Shown one piece after another: positions 11,172-22,681 of a stretch of 64,000 nucleotides of DNA. The position numbers were made by a program, and so were the translations under genes. Position 1 is the stretch's first letter, and every line of letters begins with the position of its first letter. Location: assembly GCA_000004985.1 (NCBI GenBank), contig GG738846.1. One strand, written 5' to 3'. This stretch comes from Naegleria gruberi (lineage: Eukaryota). The notes under the pieces were generated by a model. It searched no databases and was not told the DNA's origin. It was given only the letters and a program-made list of their open reading frames with translations.

Positions 11172-13592
11172 TTAAAGTTCATCCTTTTCAACTGGTTCAG
11201 GCTTGACTTCTTCAGTCTTAACTTCTTCAACCTTCTTATTTTCCTTGGCAAGATTATTCTTATAGGCAAGTTGGGAATTTACACTAGCAATAATACGAGT
11301 AGCAAACTTGTTCTTTTCTTCAATGTCATAACCAGACAAGAGAGAAGCAGTGTCATAGACAAGGTTAATAGAGTTAGTCAATGAGTCATCGTTAACATTA
11401 TTCTTCAAGAGATCATTCATGTTTTGAATGATTGGGTGATTAGCATTGAGTTCCAAGGTTCTCAACTTCATCATCCAATCCATACCACCTTGTTCTTGTC
11501 CCAAAGCTTGAGCCTTCATAATTCTGGCCATGTTAGCAGAGACACCGAATGAGGAAGAAACCAAAACGGCTGGTGCAGAGGAGAGTCTATTAGAAATGGT
11601 AACCTTTGAAACCTTTTCCTTCAAGAGCATTTGAGCAATAGAAGTCAAAGTTTCAAATTCCTTAGTCAAGGATTCCAAATCCTTCTTCTTCTTTTCGAGA
11701 TCTTCATCTGGGAACTTGACATCTTCCTTAGCAATACTTTGAATCTTCATGCCTTGATATTCAGTAACTTGTTGAGTCATGTATTCATCCAATGGATCAA
11801 TCATGTAAATAACTTCCAAATCTCTAGTCTTGAATTCTTCCATGTGTGGAGAGGATTCAACTTCCTTCATATCCATACCAGAAATAAAGTAAATTTGTTC
11901 TTGCTTTTCCTTCTTTCTAGCAACATATTCGTCCAAACTAATTGATTCATTGGTCTTTGAAGTAGTGAAACGCAACATGGAGACAAGCTTTTTACGTTGC
12001 TTTTCATCTTCAATAACACCTAACTTGATGTTCTTTCCGAATTCCTTCCAGAACTTTTCATACTTGGTCAACTTGACTTCTTCCTTCTTTTCTTCACCTT
12101 CCTTAGATTCTTCCTTCTTTTCTTCTCTTTCCTTTCTTTCAGCCTTATCTTGTTCAGACAATTCGTGCAAGATTTGAATAGCCTTAGCCAACAACTTCTT
12201 CTTGATCATGGCCAACAACTTGCTATGTTGAAGAGTTTCTCTGGAAACATTGAGTGGTAAATCTTCAGAATCAACCAAACCCTTAATGAAATTCAAATAT
12301 CTTGGCAATAAATCTTCACCTTGATCAGTAATGAAAACTCTCTTGACGTACAACTTGATATTGTTAGTCTTTTGAGTGAAATCAAACATGTTGTATGGAG
12401 CCTTAGCTGGAACATACAAGAGTGACTTGAATTCAACTTGACCTTCAGCAGAGAACAAATCCCACATCATTGGATCTTCAGTAGCAGCAGTCATTGCTCT
12501 ATAGAATTGAATATATTCTTCTTCGGTAATGTTAGATGGTGATCTCAACCAGAGTGGCTTATTTTCATTCATAATATTCCATTCTTCAACAGTCTTTTCA
12601 ACCTTCTTGGTCTTTGGAGCAGCTGGAGTTTCTTCAGTCTTCTTTTCTTCTTCAACCTTAACTTCTTCAGTGGTTTCTGGAGTAGTGGTTTCTTCAGTAG
12701 TAGTTTCAGTAGTAGTTGTTGTTTCTTCTTCTTCAATTGGAACTTCTTCAGTTTCAGTTCTAACTTCGTGCAAGTAAATTGGGAAGTGGATGAATGAGCT
12801 GTACTTCTTGATCAATTCCTTCAATTTGGTGGCACTAGTGTAATCCTTAGCATCATCCTTCAAGTAGATGGTAATTTCACTACCTCTCTTCAAAGTATCA
12901 CCTCTTGGATCTTCAATAATAGTGAAAGTGTTATCAGCAGTACTAGTCCAGATCAATTGCTTGTCATCATTGTTTTTAGTGGTGACAACAACCTTTGAAG
13001 CAACCAAAAAGACAGAGTAGAAACCAACACCGAATTGACCAATCAAGGCAGAATCAGAAGTTTGAGCTTCCTTTTGGATCTTTTCAATAAAAGCCTTGGT
13101 TCCTGACTTGGCAATGGTACCCAAGTTATTAATCAAATCTTGCTTGGTCATACCAATACCAGAATCTCTAATCTTCAAAATATTGTTAGTGGTATCAGCC
13201 CAAACTCTAATTTCAAGTTCTGGATAGGCATTCAAAGCACTACTATCAGTCAAACTCAAGAATCTAATCTTGTTAAGAGCATCGGAGGCATTAGAAATTA
13301 ATTCTCTCAAGAAGATATCCTTGTTAGAGTAGAGTGAGTTAATAAGAATACCAAGCAATTGATTAATTTCAGCTTGGAATTGATGTTGTTCTTGTTGTGT
13401 GGATTGAGCGTTCAAAATTTGTTCCAATTCATCGGTAACTGTGGAGGTTGATCCAGCAGTGTTTGTATTTTCTACGGTAGGTTCTGTTGATGATGTTTCA
13501 GCACGAACTCCTCCCATCAGGAAGAGTTGGAAAGACAATGTACCCAACAATAACAAGACTAGGGTTAAACAAAGCACGGAATGTTTTCTCAT
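11172..13592 (-). CDS. grp94: Endoplasmin / GRP94 (ER-resident Hsp90 paralogue), apparently single exon.
   Basis: An 806 aa ORF. It has an N-terminal signal peptide (MRKHSVLCLTLVLLLLGTLSFQLFLMGG), the Hsp90 ATP-binding signatures (YSNKDIFLRELISNASDALNKIR, IGQFGVGFYS), a charged linker and the Hsp90 middle and C-terminal domains. It terminates in ...VEKDEL, a KDEL-type ER retrieval signal rather than the cytosolic MEEVD. Confidence 0.95.
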   Translation of the reverse strand: MRKHSVLCLTLVLLLLGTLSFQLFLMGGVRAETSSTEPTVENTNTAGSTSTVTDELEQILNAQSTQQEQHQFQAEINQLLGILINSLYSNKDIFLRELISNASDALNKIRFLSLTDSSALNAYPELEIRVWADTTNNILKIRDSGIGMTKQDLINNLGTIAKSGTKAFIEKIQKEAQTSDSALIGQFGVGFYSVFLVASKVVVTTKNNDDKQLIWTSTADNTFTIIEDPRGDTLKRGSEITIYLKDDAKDYTSATKLKELIKKYSSFIHFPIYLHEVRTETEEVPIEEEETTTTTETTTEETTTPETTEEVKVEEEKKTEETPAAPKTKKVEKTVEEWNIMNENKPLWLRSPSNITEEEYIQFYRAMTAATEDPMMWDLFSAEGQVEFKSLLYVPAKAPYNMFDFTQKTNNIKLYVKRVFITDQGEDLLPRYLNFIKGLVDSEDLPLNVSRETLQHSKLLAMIKKKLLAKAIQILHELSEQDKAERKEREEKKEESKEGEEKKEEVKLTKYEKFWKEFGKNIKLGVIEDEKQRKKLVSMLRFTTSKTNESISLDEYVARKKEKQEQIYFISGMDMKEVESSPHMEEFKTRDLEVIYMIDPLDEYMTQQVTEYQGMKIQSIAKEDVKFPDEDLEKKKKDLESLTKEFETLTSIAQMLLKEKVSKVTISNRLSSAPAVLVSSSFGVSANMARIMKAQALGQEQGGMDWMMKLRTLELNANHPIIQNMNDLLKNNVNDDSLTNSINLVYDTASLLSGYDIEEKNKFATRIIASVNSQLAYKNNLAKENKKVEEVKTEEVKPEPVEKDEL

Positions 13593-13869
13593 TCTCGTTC
13601 GTTTTTTGTTGTTTCTCGAATTTTTTTAAAGTTGTTTTTTGCTGGGTGGTGCAAAACAAGCCTCTTTTTCAAATTCCGAAGTGTTAAAAACACGTGTTTG
13701 ATGGAACGTAGAGACAATTCCGAGTAGTTTAAGATCCTCTCTTTACTATTCACCTTATCTTTTCAGATTACAACCTGCCAATTGTTATCTATTTTCTTTT
13801 TATTCGTTATCTTTGAATATATTTATGTGTTAAATTTAGGATACTTTACAAGTTTTATTTGGAGAAAAA

Positions 13870-14731
13870 TTATTCTTTAATTTTCATAATTGGGTGACTT
13901 TCAATATTGTGCATATCATTGAGAATGGTGGCAACTGAGAGACGTAATTTGTGGAATTGTTCCAAAGTTACTTCCATAGTGACAATTCTTGAATTGGACA
14001 ATTCAAATTGCAATAAAATCAATGGTTTGAAAACCTTACTCATTACTGAATTACTGATAGTGACATCAACTCTCCACCTTACATTCACAATATGGTTAAA
14101 CCAACCAGTTTTATCAGTACTGAGAGCCATAAATTGCTCCTTCTTTGTTTCGTAAGCTTCCACAAATAAATTAATTAAATCTTCATCAAAATCCATTTCC
14201 TTCAATTGATCTTTCAAATATGTTATTTTAATTCTTTGTCTGATCATGGATCTAAGAATAATATAAAATCCTAATTAATTTGTAATAGTTTCGAAATGGA
14301 TATTAAATAATTTAAATATTAAAATAATAGGAAATTACCTGTAAATATCACTGAAAATAATCCAGTCTTGATCGAATAATCAATTTGTTCTTGTACATGT
14401 TTAGATTTCTTCTTTTGTTTTTCCCATGAAGACTTTAATTCTCGTTCTAATTGCCCATTAAGTGGAATGGCTAATTCTTCTTGTTTATCTTTCAATAATT
14501 CTCCAGTTAGGAATTTAATAACAAGTGATAACACTCTAGTGAGGGATCTCTTTGATATGTGAGGAAGAAGTGGTAATATTCTCAACACTTCAACGGGTAT
14601 CTTATCACCTATTATTTAATAATAATAATAATATTAATCCGATCCAATTTCCCATTTAACAATTATCATGACACAATTAATATCATCACACAGCAATCAC
14701 CTACCCAAAAATACGACTTCATCCAAAACCA
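13870..14731 (-). CDS. COMM-domain protein (COMMD family), three exons.
   Basis: The C-terminal exon 13870..14247 has the COMM-domain pattern: WRVDVTISNSVMSKVFKPLILLQFELSNSRIVTMEVTLEQFHKLRLSVATIL. The upstream exon reads ...VLRILPLLPHISKRSLTRVLSLVIKF. The putative first exon is MVLDEVVFLG at ~14731, followed by a GTAGGTGATTG...AATAATAG intron. Confidence 0.6.
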
Positions 14732-14836
14732 TTTTTTATTATTATTAATTTTTTAAAAAAGTATTGAAAAAATCTTCTTTGTGGATTTTCAAAGCTCAAT
14801 AAAAAGAACAGATTATTTGCGTTGGTGAATGATGTT

Positions 14837-15752
14837 TCATTTGTAATGTCTTTTAAAATCATGCCATTGAAATGCTGTATTATTTACAATGTTATTATTT
14901 GAAACATTATGCTGTTGTGATGGAGATGTAATAGTTCTTTTCCTTTTCTTTTCATCTTCCAAAACTTCCTCTTCTCCAATCTCTGTGTTGATTAGAGACA
15001 CTTCCTTTGGTAAATGTACTATTTCCTTGTTAGACTTGTTTTTTCCCCTCTGAGGTGAACGAACAACAGTTCTAAACCTTGGAGATTTGAAAGTTAGTAA
15101 CAATGCAGAGTCATTGAAGATATTTACATTCAATCTGAATTTGTCAACTGTTTGATCACTACTAGTTTCTCTAAATCTGAATTCCAATTTAGCTTTTGTG
15201 TAGCCATGCTATTATGTAAAGTCCACATATACATGACAGATGTGTACATGAACAATCATTTAATGCATGCAGAAACATGAAAAGAAAAGTAACATTACTT
15301 TAAATAGAAACCAAACAACATACCTTTGAAACATCTAAATCTTGACAACACCTTCCCTTAATACCTCGTTTTCCCTTTCTCTCACTCTTTACACAAACGA
15401 TTGGAGTATTGGTCATTCCACACACCAGTTCCACTTGTACCCACAAGTTCAAATTGCAATTCACAGTACATACTCGAAGAGTGTACTTAAGAGAGCTCAA
15501 CAAGTGATTTTCACCATTATATACCTCAAATATCAAATTCTTTGTTGATATGACAACTTCGTCTGGTGTGAGTAAAGGTTGTTGATCAAAGGCGTCATAG
15601 TTTTGGAGACCAACTATGCAATCTTCCTCCGAAAAGAAGGATGGTACATACACTTTCGAAGTGCCTCCAGTGTTGTACCTCTTCTTACTAATTTCATGAA
15701 TTAAATTCGGAGAATTGTGATGTTGTTGATAAGTGGTTGTTTGTTGTTCCAT
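14837..15752 (-). CDS. Hypothetical protein, two exons. Possible beta-sandwich DNA-binding-like N-terminal domain followed by a basic tail.
   Basis: ORFs 15300..15752 (MEQQTTTYQQHHNSPNLIHEISKKRYNTGGTSKVYVPSFF...) and 14837..15187 are separated by a ~110 nt AT-rich gap consistent with an intron. No confident family assignment. Confidence 0.4.
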
Positions 15753-16276
15753 TTGTTTTCATACCCAATTCCTACTGATGAGTGTTATAGAGAGGTTGAT
15801 TACGAAAGTGCTAAACAGCAGCCTTATTCACCTTTTTATTTTTCTCAAAACAAGAAGAAATGTATTGTTGGGACCGTTGCTTGTTGGTGTTGTTGATTGA
15901 GTTTGCCCCCAACTAACCAACAAACTACTACTCAAAAAGGTGTTCAACAATACTGAATCGAGCGAGGAATTCACAATACATTTAAACAAACAGTGTGGGG
16001 CAGTTCATTAAAGAGAGTAAATTTAATTACCAGCATTATTGTGATTCCTGGTGATTGTATTTCTATTGATATGAAGGCAATTGATATGAAACATTGAGAA
16101 TTAGATTTTATTGTGAAAGGACGATTACATTTTGAACATGGGAAAACTTGTTTGCCTTTTCAAATTCTACCGTAGTGAATTAACTTCTTTAGGGAGTGTG
16201 AAAACTCGGTTGAACACATATTATTCAATTCACACAGAGTGGATTTTCAGCACTTTTGAGGATACGCAAAATAACT

Positions 16277-17251
16277 TTATTTCTTTTGGACAACTGTTTG
16301 ATTAATTTGACCAAAGATTGAAACCTTATTATTATCAAACATTTCCAATTGAATTCTATCACCAAACTTCATGAATGGAGTTGTAAATTGACCAGTTTCA
16401 ATCTTTTCAATCATTCTCTTTTCAGCAATACATGAACTACCACGTGATTGATCTTCATTACTGACAGTACCGCTTCCAATTATAGTACCAGCAGTGAGAG
16501 CACGAGTTTGTGTAACGTGTTGAATTAAATCATGGAATGAGAAGAACATTTCTGGTCCAGCATTTGGATTACCAAACAATTTACCATTCAAATGTGAAAT
16601 CAAATCACCATGACATCTGCCATCCTTCCACAATTCACCCAATTCATCCAAAGTAACAGCAAAAGGTGAGAAACTACTAGATGGCTTTGAAACAAAGAAT
16701 CCGAATTGTTTTTCCAATTCCTTTGGAATTAAATTACGTAAAGAAACATCATTACAAATCATGACCAATTTGATATATTGACCAGCTTGATCAGCTTTAG
16801 TACCCATTGGCACATCCTTTACAATAACAGCAACTTCACCTTCAAAATCAATTCCATAATCTTCACTAAAATGTTCAACATCTTGATTTGGTCCAATAAA
16901 AGTGCCACTTCCTCCTTGATAAACTAATGGATCTGTACGGAGTGTTTCTGGAGGTTGAGCATTACGTGCTTTACGAACAAGAACAATGTGATTAATGTAT
17001 GCACTACCATCGATCCATTCATAGGAACGTGGAAGTGGAGCCATTAAATTTTGTGATGACAATTCATGAGTGAATTGTATGGTCTTGTATAATTCTTCAA
17101 CTTTTGGATATAAATTATCCCAATCATCTAATAATTGTTGCATGGTTGTACTGATTTCGCTTGGGACTTCGGCATAGTGTGTACCTTCCTTGTTGACAAT
17201 GATTAATCTGCCATCTCTGGTTTGGTTTTTCAAGGTTGCGAATTTAACCAT
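16277..17251 (-). CDS. Fumarylacetoacetate hydrolase (FAH) family protein, bacterial-type ~324 aa, single exon.
   Basis: The FAH-fold C-terminal domain reads GEVAVIVKD...ICNDVSLRNL...SKPSSSFSPFAVTLDEL...TAGTIIGSGTVSN. The length and N-terminal domain resemble prokaryotic FAH-family hydratases/isomerases rather than the ~420 aa animal fumarylacetoacetase. Confidence 0.8.
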   Translation of the reverse strand: MVKFATLKNQTRDGRLIIVNKEGTHYAEVPSEISTTMQQLLDDWDNLYPKVEELYKTIQFTHELSSQNLMAPLPRSYEWIDGSAYINHIVLVRKARNAQPPETLRTDPLVYQGGSGTFIGPNQDVEHFSEDYGIDFEGEVAVIVKDVPMGTKADQAGQYIKLVMICNDVSLRNLIPKELEKQFGFFVSKPSSSFSPFAVTLDELGELWKDGRCHGDLISHLNGKLFGNPNAGPEMFFSFHDLIQHVTQTRALTAGTIIGSGTVSNEDQSRGSSCIAEKRMIEKIETGQFTTPFMKFGDRIQLEMFDNNKVSIFGQINQTVVQKK

Positions 17252-17468
17252 TTTTCTTGTTTGTGTGGGTGTTGTTATAAAGATGGAGGTGGCTTATTTT
17301 TTTTGAAAGTGAATTTGGTAGGTACTGGAGCTTTGAAAGATTCGCAGTCGTTGAGATTAAGTTTACAATGATAACAAATAAGTTATTAAATATACAATAT
17401 AAAAATTTTATTAATAAAGAGGATTGTCACAATGGAAATTTGTTGAGACCTGTATCATTATAATTTTA

Positions 17469-20400
17469 TTAAAATTTAAAACTCTTAGATCTCATCATTC
17501 TAGGTGAAGCAATACTGTCACTTGTTATCGAGGACATTTCATCATCAACCGTAATGCTAGTGTTTGTAAATGTTAAATACTTCTTCAATAGATAACGTTT
17601 AACAATCAAATTGCACTTGGTATAGATTGGTCGATTGAAGGATTTGATTCTATCTTGAATTAAGAACTGAATGCCCAAGATGGTATCATCTACATCACGA
17701 ATACCTTCAGACATTACTTCAAAACTATAAATCTTATTCTGTGTGGCAATACTAAAGCATTTGAAAGGTCTATAAATAATATTAGTATTCTTAAAAGCCT
17801 GAGAGTAAGGTCCGTAAACTATCCACTTAATATCTTTGGACAATTCAATTTTCGTTGTTTTCTTGAATAAAGACTTTCCTGATGCAGAGATGGAAAGGCA
17901 CTTTGAGTCTCTATCTAGTTTGAGTATTCTTTTGTGGACTTTATACTTCTTCTTCTTAATGTCATAATCGTGCAAGTAACAATTAATACCCTTCTTAACT
18001 CTCAGAAGCCTACTTGGTTCACCTTTGAGTAATATCTTGCTTGGTGTTAACAGTTCAACTCTTGGTGAGTCCAACTCATTATGATTTGGAATTGACAAAC
18101 TTAGAGGTGAGGAAAGCCTAGTGGTAGGGGATTTAGTTGGGGTAAAAGCAAATGAATTTTCGGAACTTAGGGTTGTATCAAGGAAGCTTTGAATAATGCT
18201 AAACTCATCTTCAGGTACATCGACAACAGAGTATGTGGGTGGAGTTGGTTTAGGTTGATTTTCCTCAATTACTGCTACAATTTCTGGTATTTCAATAAGG
18301 GGCTGCTCATTGTCTTCAATAAGAAAATCTTCCATTTCTTTGGGTATTTCAATATTAATACTATTGTTTTGACTATTTGGCTGACTTCCTCTATTAAATT
18401 GTTCAATTACTTCATCCTCTAGTGTTGTTAACAAGTCATGGTCCTCAATTTCACTTTCTTCAACAATGAAATCTTTGAATGGTGATCTTTGCTGTTCATC
18501 CTCTTCTTCTCCAACAAAATCATTGGTTAAATATAATAGATCCTCTTCTTGACTTGGGGATGGATCATTTCGATATTGTTGAGGAGAATTTTCATCATAA
18601 TCATGGAGGAAATCATTCTCTTGTTTTGGAGATAAATCATTTACAATTCGAAAGGGAGGACTTGGTGGGTTTCTATTTGGAAGTAATGTATGGTTATGTG
18701 GAGGTGAAAAATCCACCACTAGAGCAGATTCTTCCTTTCCAATTGGAGAGATTGGATGGTCATCTTCCTCGACTGTTAGAGTTATATCACTCGAAGAATC
18801 ATCTGAATCATTGTTGTACTCTTCAACGTGAGTGGACTTACAAAGGAAAGGAACATTCTTGGTTGGGGAAGTATAGACATGTGGGGAAGTATACTCTTTT
18901 CTTGCATTTACGTCATTCAGATGTTTCAAGTGCTCGAGTTCTTCCTTCAACTTTTTTTGCATGTTTAGCTTTTCTAATATAAGGTTGTTCGTTGTTGGTG
19001 GGGAGTATTTAGTTTGGGGAGTTTGGTTTTGTGTAGATGTTGAGGCTGGTTTTGGGGGAGCATATTTTTGTAATTGACTAATGAAAGACAGCAACGTTTG
19101 GTTTGGTTTTCTGTTAAGAGTCGAGCTAGGGTTGAATTCCTGTTTGGGCTGCATTTGGAAAGACGGGTTGAAATCAATAACGATTGGTTTTGAGCTTGGA
19201 ACGTTTGATTTTGGTTCCTGTTTGGGGGTTACTGATTTTTTAACTGGTGAAGTCCTTGGAGGTGTATTATTCTTAGTTGAGGCAGGAATATCAAATGTAA
19301 CACTCGGTCTTGCCTCCTTCAACTGTTGATTATTATCTGCTCTAGTTTTGACCTGAATAGGAGAAGGAGTTGAACGAGTTACATCTTCTAATACTCTATT
19401 TGGTGACCTCTGTTTGGTTGGTGAGAGATGTATGGTTTTGATTGGACTATTGATATTGTCCAGAATCTTTTTCTTTTCGTTAAGTTTCATCTCTATTTGC
19501 ATTAGTTCCTTCTCTAGCTCTTCTTCATCAAAGAAATCGTCTGAATCCTGAATATCCTCTTTCAAAGAATCAATATTGCTGGGTTCTTCTCGATCTAATG
19601 GTGTCTCCATACCTGTATTGGTGTTCAGTATTTTTAGAAGAGGATTTGCTTCGTCAAGCTCAATGTTTTCCTCATCAAGAGCCTGAACAATTTGTTTTGT
19701 GATAATCTCTTTCTTCTCTGGGCCGGATTTGATGGTTTTTAAATTGAGGTTGGAATCTTTTTGAGGTGAAAGTGATGATTTCGTTTGAGCGATTACCTTG
19801 TTGCTATGTTGATGACTAGTTGTGTTGAATGAAGCTGACTCTTCCACAGGAATACCTGTAATTTCCATTCGTACTCTATCCAGATAATCCTTATTTGAAA
19901 CAATTGCATCCTCCAAAGTTACTGAGACGTGCTTTATGCGGTGTGTATTGGCAAAAGTATGAGAGCCAATAAATGTTAATTGTAAGAATCGTAGAATATT
20001 CTGCTCTGGAATTATAAACGTGTCTGGAAGTAAGTCAATTGAGTTCTCAAAAATCCAATTATCATTAATCGTTTTAAATCCAAAATTTGGATGATGAGAG
20101 GTTGATATTACACATTTCTTTGGTTTTCCATTATGAGATGAGTACACTGTAATTCTAACCACTTTCTCACAAGGACCTATCTTTTTCCTTGTCAATGTAT
20201 TTGAAATGCTTTGTAATTCCAAAGTACATGACGACATGTCGGTCTTACTAATATTAGTGATCCACATTTGATTACTCTTATTGATATTGACTACATCCTT
20301 AATATATCGTTCCGAGATTACCTTATGGCAATTACTTCCAGTACTGTTGATTAGAGATTTGATAATATTTTCAATAACCATTGTGTTCATACTTGATGTA

Positions 20401-20810
20401 GTATTGTTAGTACTAATGTTATCATGGGCTTCCGAATTTAATATCGCCTGTTCATTCAACGATGGTTCTTTGTAATGATGTAACAAGGACAGTATATTAA
20501 AATCCTGTGATGATGGAATAGTATGATTGGATTTTGTTATGGAAATAGGAGATCTGTTCTTTTTTGTATTTTTAGAAAGGTATTGTCTTTCTATTTGTTC
20601 TAATAAATCATCGTTTAGGTAATCATTAAGCAAATCATTATTAAGGTTTGATGAATATTGAAAATTGGAACCTTCTTGTATAACTAGTTGTCTTGATACA
20701 TCCTTTTCCACTTCAAGAGATCGGGAGGGAGTAGAAGTTACCTCCTCATAATTCAAATACTCTTCCCGAACATTTTGTTTTGAATTTTTTGAGGTTCGAC
20801 CTTGAATCAT
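17469..20810 (-). CDS. Large low-complexity protein (1113 aa) with a C-terminal PH-like globular region.
   Basis: A single ORF with an A-rich leader at the 20810 ATG. It has long S/T/P/N/Q-rich and acidic segments. The C-terminal ~200 aa (..LLRVKKGINCYLHDYDIKKKKYKVHKRILKLDRDSKCLSISASGKSLFKKTTKIELSKDIKWIVYG...) has a PH-domain-like hydrophobic/basic pattern. No catalytic motif. Confidence 0.6.
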   Translation of the reverse strand: MIQGRTSKNSKQNVREEYLNYEEVTSTPSRSLEVEKDVSRQLVIQEGSNFQYSSNLNNDLLNDYLNDDLLEQIERQYLSKNTKKNRSPISITKSNHTIPSSQDFNILSLLHHYKEPSLNEQAILNSEAHDNISTNNTTSSMNTMVIENIIKSLINSTGSNCHKVISERYIKDVVNINKSNQMWITNISKTDMSSCTLELQSISNTLTRKKIGPCEKVVRITVYSSHNGKPKKCVISTSHHPNFGFKTINDNWIFENSIDLLPDTFIIPEQNILRFLQLTFIGSHTFANTHRIKHVSVTLEDAIVSNKDYLDRVRMEITGIPVEESASFNTTSHQHSNKVIAQTKSSLSPQKDSNLNLKTIKSGPEKKEIITKQIVQALDEENIELDEANPLLKILNTNTGMETPLDREEPSNIDSLKEDIQDSDDFFDEEELEKELMQIEMKLNEKKKILDNINSPIKTIHLSPTKQRSPNRVLEDVTRSTPSPIQVKTRADNNQQLKEARPSVTFDIPASTKNNTPPRTSPVKKSVTPKQEPKSNVPSSKPIVIDFNPSFQMQPKQEFNPSSTLNRKPNQTLLSFISQLQKYAPPKPASTSTQNQTPQTKYSPPTTNNLILEKLNMQKKLKEELEHLKHLNDVNARKEYTSPHVYTSPTKNVPFLCKSTHVEEYNNDSDDSSSDITLTVEEDDHPISPIGKEESALVVDFSPPHNHTLLPNRNPPSPPFRIVNDLSPKQENDFLHDYDENSPQQYRNDPSPSQEEDLLYLTNDFVGEEEDEQQRSPFKDFIVEESEIEDHDLLTTLEDEVIEQFNRGSQPNSQNNSINIEIPKEMEDFLIEDNEQPLIEIPEIVAVIEENQPKPTPPTYSVVDVPEDEFSIIQSFLDTTLSSENSFAFTPTKSPTTRLSSPLSLSIPNHNELDSPRVELLTPSKILLKGEPSRLLRVKKGINCYLHDYDIKKKKYKVHKRILKLDRDSKCLSISASGKSLFKKTTKIELSKDIKWIVYGPYSQAFKNTNIIYRPFKCFSIATQNKIYSFEVMSEGIRDVDDTILGIQFLIQDRIKSFNRPIYTKCNLIVKRYLLKKYLTFTNTSITVDDEMSSITSDSIASPRMMRSKSFKF

Positions 20811-20889
20811 TTTTTTTATTTCTAACTGATAACAATTTTAGGCGGGAAATTGTTTTTCTCTCCTAAAACTGTTAAACAAGGTGGAATTT

Positions 20890-20940
20890 CTCTAACTTTA
20901 ATTTTAAATTTGAAAAATAGTGCTCAAAGGGAAATGAACA
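20890..20940. repeat. Direct repeat copy A (tctctaactttaattttaaatttgaaaaatagtgctcaaagggaaatgaac).
   Basis: Shares a 22-nt identical core, aatttgaaaaatagtgctcaaa, plus flanking similarity with copy B at 22916..22993. The two copies bracket the P-loop NTPase gene at 21030..22681. Confidence 0.7.
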
Positions 20941-21029
20941 GAACTTCCTCTGTGTAGACCGATGGCATGACGACCATACTGAACTGCAATAAGTGCACCT
21001 CTATCATTCAATTTAGGAAATCTCTTATT

Positions 21030-22681
21030 TCATTGATTAAAGTTTTGACAGAAAACCATTTCCCTTATTTTATCGGTAATATTGATCAAATTTCTTGGTT
21101 CTTTGTTGCACCAATATATCACAATTTCTTGATAGAGGATTGGACAATCATCACATTGATAACACACAACATTTCTGATTGCTTTGATGCTTTTTTTTAC
21201 GAGATTTTCCTCATCATCTATTATTTTAATGTGGTAATGAATAGAATTGTTAAGTAATCCATTATTAAGTACCTTAGCAAACTGTTTGTGATCATGATTA
21301 GCTATTCCAAGAGTTTCTAGGGGGGATTGAATTAACTTGGTGGACTCACCCAAAAAAAGGAATGGTAACAACAAGTGAAAATGATACTCTACATCATTAG
21401 CTCTCCTCGAGTTAAAAAAACTGTCCCATCTAAATGTGATATAAGAACTGAGCAATGAGTCTCTAAGTTCATACTCTCGCGTCTCCTTGTTGAATACAAA
21501 GAACATGGAACTATTAATCCCATAGCCACAGAGGGCTCTGTCTGTTATAAAGGCTGGAACAGATTTGGTTTTGAAAATTGTCCAAGCCTCCTCTCGCTTT
21601 AGCCCTTTAACAATATTACCAATATCTCTATCATAAATGGTGAATATTTGTTGAACTAGATCAGCAATGGCTTGTTGGAGCGTTTTAGTTTTGCATTGAG
21701 AAATAACTTGGTCAACATAACTGCAGTGATACACCTCTAACGAATCTCGTATGATTTTTAGAAGTTCTGTGTCCACAAATTTTCTTTTGAAGATGTAGTT
21801 ATGGAATATGGCCACTTCCCTTAAATTTGCAGTTGCACTTGATCTTGGAATGTCATAGGTCATGTTATTATCAGAAAATGAAAACCCATTAGCGGGTACA
21901 TCTCTCAAATTTCTGAGTATAAGTGATTGAGTACTTCCAGTCCAAATACTAAGGAAATTTGTTGTACTTTTTAGAGATGGAGATTTAAAAACCTTCTTGA
22001 GAAAGTTTAAAGCGTCAGAAGATAATAGTTGAATTTCGTCCAATACAAAGTAAACCATCTTATTGCTTCTTTTTTTCAAATACTCTGTCATTGGATTGTG
22101 CAGAGATATTCCTTGCTGACAGTTGTATATGTTCGCTCCTTCACCAACAAAGCTACAAGAATTCTATTCACATAATCGTAATCTCTTTCTTGCTCATTCT
22201 TTGGAAAATCTCTAATATCAAGATAATGAACTTCATAGCCAATGTAATTATTAATTCTCCTACAGCAATGAACAGAGTGTAGATAAGGAAAAAGGTATCT
22301 TGCTGTAGTAGTCTTTCCTGTTCTCACTAACCCTGTTACAAAAACATGATAAATACATTTACTAATACCTCCTCTACAATATTGGGCACATTGAGAGGCA
22401 AATGCATTCAATTCAGGGAAATTATTTACCTGACACCATTCATCCTGATTGCCACCATTAAAATAATAAAGAGCAGAGGTAATACCTGCCTTAACGAATT
22501 TTACTTCTTGGCCATCAAGAGATTCAAGTTCAAAATTATGAAAATTTTCATTAAATTTTCTAATTGTATATTCTTCTTCTGTTTCACTAGTTTCGGAAGT
22601 AATGGTTTCTTGTTGAGGCTGGTGTATAGACTTTGTGGGAGGTTCTTCAAAACGGTCACTGTTTGAATGATTGCGTTTCAT
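21030..22681 (-). CDS. P-loop NTPase of uncertain family (Walker A GLVRTGKTT, Walker B YFVLDEIQLL), two exons joined by a 62-nt intron.
   Basis: Track ORFs 22088..22681 and 21030..22091 overlap by 4 nt in different frames. Removing GTCAGCAAGG...GCAATAAG (plus 22057..22118, 62 nt, length 2 mod 3) fuses them in frame (...VKERTYTT|MVYFVLDEIQLL...). This places Walker B ~90 aa after Walker A, as expected for one NTPase domain. The C-terminal ~300 aa ends in a Cys cluster, CYQCDDC...YWC. Family not identified (AAA+/ORC-like versus transposition-NTPase-like). Confidence 0.55.

Noticed and set aside
11631-13687. Plus-strand ORFs antisense to GRP94 (11631..11945, 11950..12177, 12529..12777, 13441..13687).
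   Set aside because: They overlap a highly conserved minus-strand Hsp90-family CDS. Their compositions (poly-S/V/F) are typical antisense translations of E/K-rich coding sequence.
22088-22091. Interpretation of the 4-nt overlap between ORFs 22088..22681 and 21030..22091 as a frameshift pseudogene or homopolymer sequencing error (an A7 run at 22068-22074).
   Set aside because: The frame switch has to occur upstream of the TGA at 22088-22090, so an indel in the A7 run cannot rescue it. A 62-nt GT...AG intron of the right phase does, and this is the more parsimonious reading. A pseudogene cannot be fully excluded without transcript data.
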